From Macrostomum lignano (lineage: Eukaryota), in NCBI GenBank assembly GCA_002269645.1, contig NIVC01000384.1:124001-188000 (forward strand): a stretch of DNA of 64,000 nt. The letters run 5' to 3'. This document shows positions 1 through 12,844 of the stretch, one piece after another; the stretch's first letter is position 1, and each line of letters starts with the position of its first letter. The position numbers and the translations under genes were made by a program. The notes beneath the pieces are model-generated. The model saw only the letters and a program-made list of their open reading frames with translations, was not told the origin of the DNA and did no database searches.

Positions 1-893
1 TAACTAAACAGTAGCATAAACAGGACATGCGTACTTTTTTGTTGTAGCAATACGAGCGTATGCAGCGTTGGCAATTCAGTCGGCATCTCTTTGAAAATTA
101 AGATTTAAATCTATTTTCGCCTTCCATCTCCTAATGCCGTCCTGGGAGAGCTCCGGAAAAAATCAATATACACCTACTATTAACTGTTACGGGCTCTACA
201 GGGCGATTTTTACAGCTTCGAAGTCCAGCCCCGAAAGGCTAAGACCGCCATTCAATCGTAACTTTAATAACCTCGATAATTGGGTGCTAAAATCGTTGAA
301 AATTGCAGCTAATTGGCCACGCCAGGACAGGTGCAAATCCGGCTGGCAGAGATAAAATGTTGTCGCTAATTTTTACGAGTATTGCTTTCAAATCGACCCG
401 CTAAGCAGCCTGATAATCGGAAAAATTTAATTGAACGTGCGAAAACTTATAATGCCGCGCTTCTCTGACCGTCTGCGTTTGAAAACAGGTGAAAATTTTC
501 GTTAAATTAACAGATAATTGTCCGGCATTAAATTTGGGGTGCTTGAATTTTTTTAGAATAATTTTTGTTTTTGAATTTCTGTGTTCTTATCTGCGCAAGA
601 CCCCTGCAAGGCGCACCTGAAACTGCGATGCCAAATTAACAGAGGAAAATATTTTCCTAATTGGACCGGAGGGGGTTCTTTGTTTAAACAAAGACCGCGC
701 AGCTTCTAAGGGCCTGCCGATCCAAAGCCAACAAACTTGCGCTGCAGTTTGCAGTTTATCTGGGGGGGGGGCTCCTGGATGCCGCTTTCCTGTCAGCACA
801 GGTGTCCGAAACGCTCCTGCATGGCTGATGCAGTTTGTTTCTGGGCGGAGTTGCTCTGCGGTTGGGGCATATTGCGGAAATTGCTAAGTGCAT

Positions 894-1372
<479 letters not shown>

Positions 1373-1924
1373 TTCACAGCAATTTAACTAGCCAACAATG
1401 TTAGCCTTAACCACCTCCAATGCATTCCGCTTCCTTTAATTTCAAGGAAGTCTCGCAAATTAAAAATCAAGCCTGAATAGAATGGGGGTTGGGGAACAAG
1501 ACTCAGCAGAGGACAAAGACTCCAGTTTTGAAGGCAGCGAAGCGAACGCAGGCCGGCAGTCGGGAATTTTTTATTCGACTTGCCGCTCCAAGACAGGACG
1601 GGACACTAAAAAGTGCCGATTTCAAGGGGAGCGAATGCTTCACTTCAGCACCGCGCGCTGCACCGACTCTGGCAGTCCGCCTCCGCCTCCTGGGACGAAT
1701 TGAAGGAAGTCGTAAAATTCCCGCGCAGCTGTAATTTCTCAGTGTCCGACAGGCACATTTTGGAGACAACTTTATGGGGCTACAATAGCCCCCCGCAGCC
1801 AGGGTCTTTGTCTCGTGTCTTGAGTCTCTGTCAGCGGCTCAGGCTGAGCACCTGGTAGTTTTATGATGTCGCTTTGGTTTGAACCCTGTGTTAGACCAGA
1901 CTCATTATTTGCGTGAGGGATTAA

Positions 1925-3010
1925 AAAGGGGCAATTCTCCCACGGGAATTTTAAAGGCCGATTCTCCGAAGGGGAATTTTAAAGGTTTATTCTCTTCTCT
2001 TTTATTCTCTTTTAAAGGAATTCTAATTTCCGATTCTCCCGGGGAATTCTAAATTCCGATTCTCCGAGGGTGATTCTAAAGGCCGATTCTCCCAGGGAAT
2101 TCTAAATTCCGATTCTCCAAGGGAATTTTAAAGGCCGATTCTCCGAGGGGAATTCTAAATTCCGATTCTCCGAGGGTGATTCTAAAGGCCGATTCTCCCA
2201 GGGAATTCTAAATTCCGATTCTCCAAGGGAATTTTAAAGGCCGATTCTCCGAGGGGAATTCTAAATTCCGATTCTCCCAGGGAATTCTAAATTCCGATTC
2301 TCCGAGGGTGATATTACAGGCTGGTTCTCCCAGGGAATTCTAAAGCCCGATTCCTCGAGGGGAATTCTAAAGGCCGATTCTCCGAGGGTGATTCTAAAGG
2401 CCGATTCTCCCAGGGAATTTTAAAGGCCGACTCCTCGAGGGGAATTCTAAAGGCCGATTCTCCCAGGGAATTCTAAAGGCCGATTCCTCGAGGGTGATTC
2501 TAAAGGCCGATTCCTCGAGGGTGATTCTAAAGGCCGATTCCCCGAGGGTGATTCTAAAGGCCGATTCTCCAAGGAAATTTTAAAAGCCGATTCTCCGAGG
2601 GGAATTCTAAATTCCGATTCTCCGAGGGTGATTCTAAAGGCCGATTCTCCCGGGGAATTCTAAATTCCGATTCTCCGAGGGTGATTCTAAAAGCCGATTC
2701 TCCGAGGGGAATTCTAAATTCCGATTCTCCGAGGGTGATTCTAAATTCCGATTCTCCAAGGGAATTTTAAAGGCCGATTCTCCGAGGGGAATTCTAAATT
2801 CCGATTCTCCCAGGGAATTCTAAATTCCGATTCTCCGAGGGTGATTCTACAGGCTGGTTCTCCCAGGGAATTCTAAAGGCCGATTCCTCGAGGGGAATTC
2901 TAAAGGCCGATTCTCCGAGGGTGATTCTAAAGGCCGATTCTCCCAGGGAATTCTAAAGGCCGATTCCTCGAGGGGAATTCTAAAGGCCGATTCTCCGAGG
3001 GGAACTAAAG
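1925..3010 (+). repeat. 26-27 bp minisatellite
   Basis: Unit CCGATTCTCCGAGGGGAATTCTAAAGG with interspersed variants. Confidence 0.95.
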
Positions 3011-3484
3011 GAGCATTTTCACGCTGACCAACCTTCACTTTGCAGACTTCAATGGCATCATTTCGTCAATCTTTCAATCCTCTTTGTGAATAATGAAACT
3101 TGATATCGATAAATCATCTGCGCGAAGTTCGGGTTTCTTTGATCAGTTCGGATTTGAAATCTGTCATCATCGTTGGGACGTCTCATTGTGCAAATCAGAA
3201 GCCCTTTACTGACAACTTCACGGCATTAAGTTGTATAAATGCAAGGAAGTGGTGACAGATCTTGATGCGAGGGGCGTGCACAGATGACAGGATAAGATGG
3301 CATTACATTCGCCCCTTCTATTCATCACCTATCCATGAGCATATGAGCTATTTTTCAGGGTGGGGCGAGTTTTAACCAGAATCGAAACAGTGTGAGGCAG
3401 CGAGCCGATCTGCAACATTTCTGGGTTGAATTGCGTGTCAGCTCCTCTTTTCCTAGATTAGAGGTGGTGCTGGGGACAGTGGGA

Positions 3485-4055
3485 AAGAGAGAAGAGAGTT
3501 TTACAGGCGAGAGAGGACAGAGGAGAGAGAAAGAGAGATGAGGAGAGAAAAAAGTGGAGAGATTAGAGGGAGAGATTAGAGGGGAGAGAGGAGAGAGAAA
3601 GAGAGATGAGGAGAGAAAAAAGTGGAGAGATTAGAGGGAGAGATTAAAAGGGAGAGATTAGAGGCGAGAGATTAGAGGGGATTTTAAAGGGGAGAGATTC
3701 GAGGGGAGATATTAGAAGGGAGCGATTAGAGGGGAGAGATTAGGAGAGATAGAAGAGAGAAAGAGAGATGAGGGAAGAGAGACATGGGAGAGAAAAGAGG
3801 AACACGGGAAAGGGAGGGCGGAGAGGTCAGAGTGGAGAGAGGAGAGATTAAAGGGGAGAGACGATAGAGGAGAGGTGAGCGGGGAGAGATTAGAGGGGGA
3901 GGAGAGAGATTAGAGGGAGCGGAGAGAGATTAGAGGGAGCGGAAAGAGATTAGAGGGAGCGGAGAGAGATTAGAGGAGAGAGGGGAGAGATTAGAGCTGA
4001 AAGAGGAGAGGGAGAGGTGGGGGAAGAGGGAAGGAGAGGAAGGGAAGGAGAGGCA
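3485..4055 (+). repeat. Purine-rich (AG) low-complexity array
   Basis: GAGAGATTAGAGGG-type units. Confidence 0.9.
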
Positions 4056-4659
4056 GAAGAAGGCTTGTGAACAAAGCATCTCAAGAAGCCGGCATCGTAC
4101 TGGGAGTGAGCGGCCCAATCGTTCAAATTGCATTTCCCCTCCCCAATTAGCGAAAGAAATCCTCCAAAAATCCGGGGAAGATTCTGTCCCAGTGCGCCCC
4201 GTTCCAGTAATAGAAATTGAATTTCCGATGACGGGCTGAGAGACCGATTACCAAGTAGCACCGGGGATTAAAGGAAGCTTAATCCTAATCCCCCGGATAC
4301 CCGTCTCGAGTCTGTATCGGGCGCGGTTTAAGGTATAAAATGGGATTTTTATTCCCGCATGGCAACAAAGTCTATTTGCCCGGCTTCTGCAACTGGTATA
4401 TCTAAGCCATGGGATTCAGGCGGGGGGAGGATGGGGAGGGCGCAGCAACAGTTGACATCTAGACAGACCTGGGGTATGCGGTGCGACTGTCCACTCTGTG
4501 GAGGCGGAATGTGAGGGTCATTTTGGAGGCGGGGTTGTTCCGGAGCCCGGGCGGGTGCTTGCTACGTCTCTGAGCCGTGGAGTCCTTCGGAACTAGACAT
4601 CTGGAATGGAAACACACGGCTTGGCGGTATATACCCTGCGGATTGACAGTTCATGATTT

Positions 4660-6228
4660 GGAATCAATATCTCATGATTTGACAGTCAATATCTCATGAT
4701 TTGACAGTCAATATCTCATGATTTGACAGCCAATATCTCATGATTTGACAGTCAATATCTCATGGTTTGACAGTCAATATCTCATGATTTGACAGCCAAT
4801 ATCTCATGATTTGACAGCCAATATCTCACGATTTGACAGCCAATATCTCATGATTTGACAGTCAATATCTCATGATTTGACAGTCAATATCTCATGATTT
4901 GACAGCCAATATCTCATGATTTGACAGTCAATATCTCATGGTTTGACAGTCAATATCTCATGATTTGACAGCCAATATCTCATGATTTGACAGCCAATAT
5001 CTCATGGTTTGACAGCCAATATCTCACGATTTGACAGCCAATATCTCATGATTTGACAGTCAATAACTCATGATTTGGCAGCCAATATCTCATGATTTGA
5101 CAGTCAATAACTCATGATTTGGCAGCCAATATCTCATGATTTGACAGCCAATATCTCATGATTTGACAGTCAATATCTCATGATTTGACAGTCAATATCT
5201 CAAGATTTGACAGTCAATAACTCATGATTTGACAGCCAATATCTCACGATTTGACAGCCAATATCTCATGGTTTGACAGTCAAATATCTCATCGTTTGAC
5301 AGTCAATAACTCATGATTTGACAGTCAATAACTCATGATTTGGCAGCCAATATCTCATGATTTGACAGTCAATATCTCATGGTTTGACAGTCAATATCTC
5401 ATGATTTGACAGCCAATATCTCATGATTTGACAGCCAATATCTCACGATTTGACAGCCAATATCTCATGGTTTGACAGTCAAATATCTCATCGTTTGACA
5501 GTCAATATCTCATGATTTGACAGTCAATAACTCACGATTTGACAGCCAATATCTCATGATTTGTCAGTCAATATCTCATGATTTGACAGTCAATATCTCA
5601 TGGTTTGACAGTCAATATTTCATGATTTGACAGCCAATATCTCATGATTTGACAGCCAATATCTCACGATTTGACAGCCAATATCTCATGGTTTGACAGT
5701 CAAATATCTCATCGTTTGACAGTCAATAACTCATGATTTGACAGTCAATAACTCATGATTTGGCAGCCAATATCTCATGATTTGACAGTCAATATCTCAT
5801 GATTTGACAGTCAATATCTCATGGTTTGACAGTCAATATCTCATGATTTGACAGCCAATATCTCATGATTTGACAGCCAATATCTCATGATTTGACAGTC
5901 AATATCTCATGATTTGACAGTCAATATCTCATGGTTTGACAGTCAATATCTCATGATTTGACAGTCAATATCTCATGGTTTGACAGTCAATATCTCATGA
6001 TTTGACAGCCAATATCTCATGATTTGACAGCCAATATCTCATGATTTGACAGTCAATATCTCATGATTTGACAGTCAATATCTCATGGTTTGACAGTCAA
6101 TATCTCATGATTTGACAGCCAATATCTCATGATTTGACAGCCAATATCTCACGATTTGACAGCCAATATCTCATGGTTTGACAGTCAAATATCTCATCGT
6201 TTGACAGTCAATAACTCATGATTTGACA
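4660..6228 (+). repeat. 22 bp minisatellite (~70 copies)
   Basis: Unit GACAG(T/C)CAATATCTCATGATTT. Confidence 0.97.
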
Positions 6229-7109
6229 TTACATATATGCATCTCGTGATTCACCAATCGATATCTAATAGTTTTGTGTAAAAAACGAAAACTCCTCAAT
6301 CCAGATGTTCTATTTAAAAGCGCCTTGGCTACATAAGAAGGCAATTCTCAATGCCCCAAGTGAATGGAGAGGGCAGATCGAGTCAAAAAATGCCTACATC
6401 AGCCCTCATAGTAGTTGTCAAAACGAATTAGACCTTGATCTGAGAGGCGAGGAGGCCTGGGAGAGAGAGGGAGGAGGCGGCGCCAAAAGTCAGCAGGCCA
6501 TTGCCAAGGAGCGCTGAAGCTAGAGTCTGGACTAGCCATCGGCGACATTTCCCCACACAACCAGTGCTGACACAATACGTTCCGCAATCCAGATTCTAGC
6601 TTCTAGGATCTCCTTGACCAACCCGAGCCCCCCCCCGTGTCCAGTCAGTTCTGGCTTATTTAAATGTCGCAATTAAACCCTGGTTCCGACGGCAACAGCG
6701 GCCCCCCGATGGCACCGGGAAGGCAATTCTTCTAAAAGCTTTTACTAAAGCAAAACAATATTTACGCACAGAGCAAAGTGGCAAACGACGCTCGGGGGGG
6801 GGGGGGGGGGAAACACACACACAACACGGGTCCTTGGGAGAATAATAGACCTCTCGGGATGAAGAGCAGAAGCAGACGCGTCTGGGGTTAACAAAATTCT
6901 GCCATTCTACCTTCTAAAAGCATCTCGATTAGCAAATAGTAATGGATTGCTGCTGGCCCGGCGGCTGTGACAACAGATTGATGCTGGCTGGCTTTGGATT
7001 GCGCTTTCATTGGAATCGGAATTGGATAGGTACCGGCTTTGCAAGGATGCTGCCTATTGCTCTTTTAGAGTGAATGGTCCCGCCTGTTGACTCTCCTGCT
7101 GCAGACTGA

Positions 7110-7790
7110 TCGCTCTTTCTTGTTTCTCTCCCTGTCATCTCTCCCGTCTCTCATCTCATCTCTCCCCTCTCTCATCTCATTTCTCCCGTCTCTCATCTCA
7201 TCCCCCCCTCTCATCTCATCTTCCCCTCTCTCATCTCATCTCCCCCTCTCCCTCTCATTTCTCCCCTCTCCCATCTCATCTCTCCCCCTCTCATCTCATC
7301 TTCCCCTCTCATCTCACCCCCCCTCTCCCATCTCATCTCCCCCTCTCATCTCATCTTCCCCTCTCTCATCTCATCTCCCCTCTCATCTCATCTCCCCCTC
7401 TCATCTCATCTTCCCCTCTCTCATCTCATCTCCCCCTCTCATCTCATCTTCCCCTCTCTCATCTCATCTCCCCCTCTCCCTCTCATCTCTCCCCTCTCCC
7501 ATCTCATCTCTCCCCTCTCTCATCTCATCTCCCCTCTCCCTCTCATCTCTCCCCTCTCTCATCTCATCTCCCCCTCTCCCTCTCATCTCTCCCCTCTCTC
7601 ATCTCATCTCCCTCTCTTTTATCTCATCTCTCCCCTCTCATCTCATCTTCCCCTCTCACATCTCATCTCCCCCTCTCCCTCTCATCTCTCCCCTCTCTCA
7701 TCTCATCTCCCCTCTCTCATCTTATCTTCTCCCTGTCTCATCTTGTCTCTTCCCCATCTCCCCTCTCATCTCTCTATCTTGTTTATTTTC
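7110..7790 (+). repeat. Pyrimidine-rich low-complexity array
   Basis: CTCTCATCTCATCT / CCCCT units. Confidence 0.9.
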
Positions 7791-7954
7791 ATTTCTCTTC
7801 ATTTTAGTTTAATCCAGAAAATCTATCAATTCTACACGATAATTCTTTAAGCAGAGGACCTGTCCTGTACCCCACCGCCCGTCAATCCATTATTCGCTAC
7901 CAGTTGCAAGCGATAACCATCTCAAGTCTCAGACTTGAGCGTTGCGTCACGACA

Positions 7955-8040
7955 TGGGTTCAGCCAGGATTTCGAACCCGCAACCCCCCCCCCGGGCTTT
8001 TGTCAGAATCAAATTGTATTGTTCTTACCATGCAGCCAAT
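7955..8040 (-). mobile_element. Possible degenerate tRNA-derived SINE head
   Basis: - strand A-box-like TGGCTGCATGGTAAG and B-box-like GGTTCGAAATCC. No cloverleaf can be folded by eye. Confidence 0.3.
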
Positions 8041-8304
8041 TACTGTCATGTTAATATATTGTGTGCTCTGTGAAATGTCAAACCCTGCGCCTGCAGTCTG
8101 TAACAGATGCGCCAACTTTAATGATACCAGCATGCTAGAGAATTAGTCAATTTCTATGCAACACCGAATTTGAAACAGAAGTCAAAACGGAGGGAGTTGT
8201 TTCAATGACTAATGTATGTTGTGAGACCTGGTGCGCGCTTGAGCTTGAAGTTGTTTTAACAATGAAGCTAAAAACCATTTCACTTCTTTGTTAGGAACTC
8301 CAGA

Positions 8305-8735
8305 TGCTCATCTCCTGTCATATCTAATTTCTCCTCTCGTCTACTCTCATCACCTCTCGTCTACTCTCTCATCTCTACTCTCATTTCCTCTCATATCTAC
8401 TCTCTCATCTCCTCTAATCTACTCTCTCATATCTAATCTCATCTCCTCTCGCCTACTCTCTCATCTCCTCTCGTCTACTCTCTAATCTCTACTCGCATCT
8501 CCTCTCATACTTGTATGTCCTCTCTTATCTCCTCTCTTATCTTTATTCTCGTTGACTCTCCCATCTCCTCTCTCATCTACTCTCTCATTTAATCTCTCAT
8601 TTCTACACGCTCTTATCTCACATTTGCTATCATTTGCTCTCTCATCTACTCTCTCACCTCTACTCTCATCTCTAATCTCACCTACTTTCTTATCTCTAAT
8701 CTCATTTACTCTCTCATCTCTACTCTCTCATCTTC
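8305..8735 (+). repeat. Degenerate pyrimidine-rich array
   Basis: CTCATCTACTCT-type units. Confidence 0.8.
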
Positions 8736-9329
8736 TAAAATGGGCAGATTGACCAATCATATGCTTCATATTTTATCACCCAGGCACCTGACAATCTTTA
8801 GAGAGAAACAAAGAGGCTTTGAAAATTTGAGACAGATACTCGTATTTCAATTCCTACTCACAGAGAGAAGGCCACGATGAAGAACTCACCCAGGCTAGCA
8901 ACCATCAGATTGAGAAATTGTACGCTAAAAGATTAACTCTAATGGAACGGGACTTCACCATCTTTAGAAAAGTAGAAAATTTTGCCAAAACAGGGCGTGT
9001 CTCATTGGAGAAACGCGCGAATGCAATTACTGAGAGGCGAGCAAAATGTTATTTGATCCGATAAGTGGGGGTCTCCGCGCACCTGGGCTGAGGCTCTGGC
9101 CACACCCCGTAAGCCGCTTCGAATCGGAACCTGGACTGCCTTGTGCTTCGGTTATCAGCTTTGCTCCATCTTTGCTCTCTCATTTTAGTAGCTTATAAAC
9201 AGAAATGCAAAATGCGTTTCTACCTGCAGGTTTGTTTTTGCATCAAGACGATGTGACTGACTGGAGTTCTTCTTGGGTGGAGTTACTGAAGTTAATGAGC
9301 TTGTGGGGAAACATCTGTTGCACTTTTTG

Positions 9330-9990
9330 TGGGTCAGGTAGATTTGTAGGTCAAGGTAGATTTGTAAGTGAGGTAGACTTGTGAGTTAAGTAGATTTGTG
9401 GGTCAGGCAGATTTGTGGGTCAGGTAGATTTGTGGGTCAGGTAGATTTGTGGGTCAGGTAGATTTGTGGGTCAGGTAGGTTTGTGGGTCAGGTAGATTTG
9501 TGGGTCAGGTAGGTTTGTGAGTCAGGTAGATTTGTGGGTCAGGTAGATTTGTGGGTCAGGTAGATTTGTGGGTCAGGAAGGTTTGTGGGTCAGGTAGATT
9601 TGTGGGTCAGGTAGGTTTGTGGGTCAGGTAGATTTGTGGGTCAGGTAGGTTTGTGGGTCAGGTAGATTTGTGGGTCAGGTAGATTTGTGAGTCAAGGTAG
9701 ATTTGTGGGTCAGGTAGGTTTGTGGGTCAGGTAGATTTGTGAGTCAGGTAGGTTTGTGGGTCAGGAAGGTTTGTGGGTCAGGTAGATTTGTGGGTCAAGT
9801 AGGTTTGTGCGTCAGGTAGGTTTGTGGTCCAGGTAGATTTGTGGGTCAGGAAGGTTTGTGGGTCAGGTAGATTTGTGGGTCAGGTAGGTTTGTGGGTCAG
9901 GTAGATTTGTGGGTCAGGTAGGTTTGTGGTTCAGGTAGATTTGTGGGTCAGGAAGGTTTGTGAGTCAGGTAGATTTTTGGGTCAGGTAGT
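9330..9990 (+). repeat. 17 bp minisatellite, copy 1
   Basis: Unit GTAGATTTGTGGGTCAG. Confidence 0.96.
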
Positions 9991-10539
9991 CATGAATCAG
10001 GTTCATTCATTGGTTCACTGTGTCCAGTTCTGGGCTAGTTTATAAAATATTTCTAGCAGATGATAAATGCAGATCCCGCAGTCAGCAAAGGGAAAGATTT
10101 CTCAGACCTGGCGCTTGCACAACACGACAAAAACATTTATTTTCTTGTTTAATCTGTGTGATCTGCTTATTCTTAGCCTCTTATTATTTTTTACAACTCT
10201 TGTTCTCAGGCTCAACACAGGGGGGGTGTCTCACAGGCAGGCAGCAAGAGCAATATAAAATAATTTCTGCATAATAAAGGTCCACTTCAGACAAAACACG
10301 ACGGAATGAACAGAGAGAGAGAGAGGGGGGCATTAAGACAGACTTTGTGAAGCATCATTAAGCTAACAATGGCCAACCTGTAACAAAAGTTATGCAGCTC
10401 AGAACCTGGCCTTGCTATAAGGTCCGTCTGCGCCTGAATGGTAAGTTTTGGAAAGTTTATTTAGCTAAAAAATGAGCAACCACAGCCAGGGACACCTGGA
10501 TGTATCTGGACTGAATTCTCTACTCCGTGAAAAACGATT

Positions 10540-10930
10540 TGAGTAGAGAAGTAAAGAGGAGAGTAGAGAAGGAAGTAGATAGAATAGTCGAGAGGTAAAT
10601 AGAATAGCCGAGAAGTAGATAGAAGAGTAGAGAAGTAGATAGAAGAGTAGAGAGGTAGATAGAGTAGTCGAGATGTAGATAGAAAAGTAGAGAGGTAGAT
10701 AGAGTAGTCGAGAGGTAAATAGAATAGTCGAGATGTAGATAGAAGAGCAGAGAGGTAGATAGAAAAGTAGAGAGGTAGATAGAATAGTCAAGAAGTAGAT
10801 AGAATAGTCAAGAAGTAGATAGAAGAGTAGAGAGGTAGATAGCATAGTAGAGAGGTAAATAGAATATTAGATAGGTAGATAGAAGAGTAGAGAAGTAGAT
10901 ACAAGAGTCGATAGGTAGATACGGAGAGAG
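10540..10930 (+). repeat. Purine-rich GTAGATAGAA array
   Basis: AGAGTAGAGAGGTAGATAG-type units. Confidence 0.88.
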
Positions 10931-11125
10931 GTACTTATGCTTTAAATAAATAGTCTCCATAAATAAATAAAAATATCGTATTTAAACAAAGCGAATGTGC
11001 TTCGCTTGTGTTTCGATCAGCTTCCACTCCAATTGTCTATTAGAGTGTCCCTGAGCAAGATTGAGTGCCGGCGCAGATACAGGTAGGTAGGTGTCTAGTT
11101 AGCCCAACCAGCTAAACAGGCTGCC

Positions 11126-11171
11126 ATTGGCTGCTAACCGTCAAGACAAGCAGCAGCCCCGTCCAGCCAAT
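11126..11171 (+). promoter_or_regulatory. Paired CCAAT boxes upstream of unc-5 exon 1a
   Basis: ATTGG 11126-30 (ccattggct) and CCAAT 11167-71 (agccaatc), 120-165 nt before the ATG. Confidence 0.45.
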
Positions 11172-11289
11172 CGCAGCCTCCGTGGGCTGCCATTTTAGAT
11201 TCAATTGCAAACCGAGCGCGCGGCTTTTTGGATCGGCCAGAATTACAGAATGTGAAGCGCAATTTCTGGTGAAATTTCTTCAGACAGCA

Positions 11290-11431
11290 ATGAAAAGGCA
11301 GTCGCGGCTGTTCCCGCCGCTACTTGGTTGGCTGTTGCTGATTTTTCTGAACAGCCAGTTCGCCACCGAATCCACGGCTCTGCAGTCTGCGGAGTCGTCG
11401 GCGTTCTCTACCGACTATGGCAGCCATCTCG
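11290..11431 (+). CDS. unc-5: unc-5 exon 1a (distal first coding exon, signal peptide)
   Basis: ATG 11290 gives MKRQSRLFPPLLGWLLLIFLNSQFATESTA..., a basic N-terminus plus hydrophobic core. G|GTGAGT donor at 11432, phase 1, matches the phase-1 acceptors at 26891/26909. The link across 15 kb is inferred. Confidence 0.65.
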
Positions 11432-11444
11432 GTGAGTTTAGTGC

Positions 11445-12232
11445 TGGTTTAGTTCAAGGGGTTGCCGGTTCAGTTGAGGGTTGCCGGTTCAGTTGGGTTG
11501 CCGGTTTAGCTGAGGGGTTGCCGGTTCAGTTAAGGGTTGTCGGTTCAGTTGAGGGTTGACGGTTCAGTTGAGGGTTGCCGGTTTAGCTGAGGGGTTGCCG
11601 GTTCAGTTGGGTTGCCGGTTTAGCTGAGGGGTTGCCGGTTCAGCTGAGGGTTGCCGGTTCAGCTGAGGGTTGCCGGTTTAGCTGTGGGTTGCCGGTTCAG
11701 CTGAGGGTTGCCGGTTTAGCTGTGGGTTGCCGGTTCAGTTGAGGGGTTGCCGGTTTAGTTCAGTGGTTGCTGGTTCAGCTGAAGGGTTGCCGGTTCAGTT
11801 TAGGGTTGTCGATTCAATTGAGGGTTGTCGGTTCAGTTGTGGGTTGCCGGTTCAGTTGAGGGTTGCCGGTTTAGCTGTGGGTTGCCGGTTCAGTTGAGGG
11901 TTGCCGGTTCAGTTGAGGGTTGCCGGTTCAGTTGAGGGTTGCCGGTTCAGTTGAGGGTTGCCGGTTCAGTTGAGGGTTGCCGGTTCAGTTGAGGGTTGCC
12001 GGTTCAGTTGAGGGTTGCCGGTTCAGTTGAGGGTTGCCGGTTCAGTTGAGGGTTGCCGGTTCAGTTGAGGGTTGCCGGTTCAGTTGAGGGTTGCCGGTTC
12101 AGTTTAGGGTTGCCGGTTCAGTTTAGGGTTGCCGGTTCAGTTTAGGGTTGCCGGTTCAGTTTAGGGTTGCCGGTTCAGTTTAGGGTTGCCGGTTCAGTTT
12201 AGGGTTGCCGGTTCAGTTTAGGGTTGCCGGTT
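11445..12232 (+). repeat. 19 bp minisatellite at start of intron 1
   Basis: Unit GTTGAGGGTTGCCGGTTCA. Confidence 0.96.
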
Positions 12233-12844
12233 CATAGGGATGGTTTCCAGCTCCAGGGGCCATATACGGTACTTTTGCCAGTACTTTTGGGAAGCCCTGA
12301 TATTCCTAATCAGTATTCTTAGCTCAAAACCAACAGGTAAACAATAATTAGCTTTGTTTAAGTCGAGCAATGGAAAAAATATCCGAGTATTTCCTGAACA
12401 GAAAGCTAATGTATAGGATTTTGGGATTTTGGGATGAGGTCTCGTGACACCGAAATCTAGTCGACGCACTAAAAAATGGAAAATCAGAGGAAAAAAATCA
12501 AGTCAGAATCCCCTGCATATGTTATTGTAATCATTTCTGCTTGTGCAGTTGCAGCTTGCAGCAGGGCTACAATGGCTGACTGCATGCGAAAATGCTTTTT
12601 TAAAGAGCAACATCGGTTGCCTGCGGCTGAGGTGGGAAGTCAGGCGTGTCTTGGGTGTGCGTTGAAAAATACGCACAGAGTATCCTGTTGATTCTCTGAC
12701 TGCAGTTGAGGGTATTTATGAGTTAGAGAATGAGGCAGACAGGGCGGAGAGGAGAGGATTGAGATAGTAGATCAAGAGAGATAGAGAGGTAGATAGCGGG
12801 GGAGATGGTAGTTGGAGATAGAGACAATAAATTGAGACGATAGA

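Noticed and set aside
8831-9064. Start-less 77-codon open frame (DRYSYFNSYSQREGHDEEL...KCYLIR)
   Set aside because: Looks protein-like but has no early start, no convincing splice sites and no family I recognise. A TBLASTN/HHpred hit would revive it as a transposon relic.
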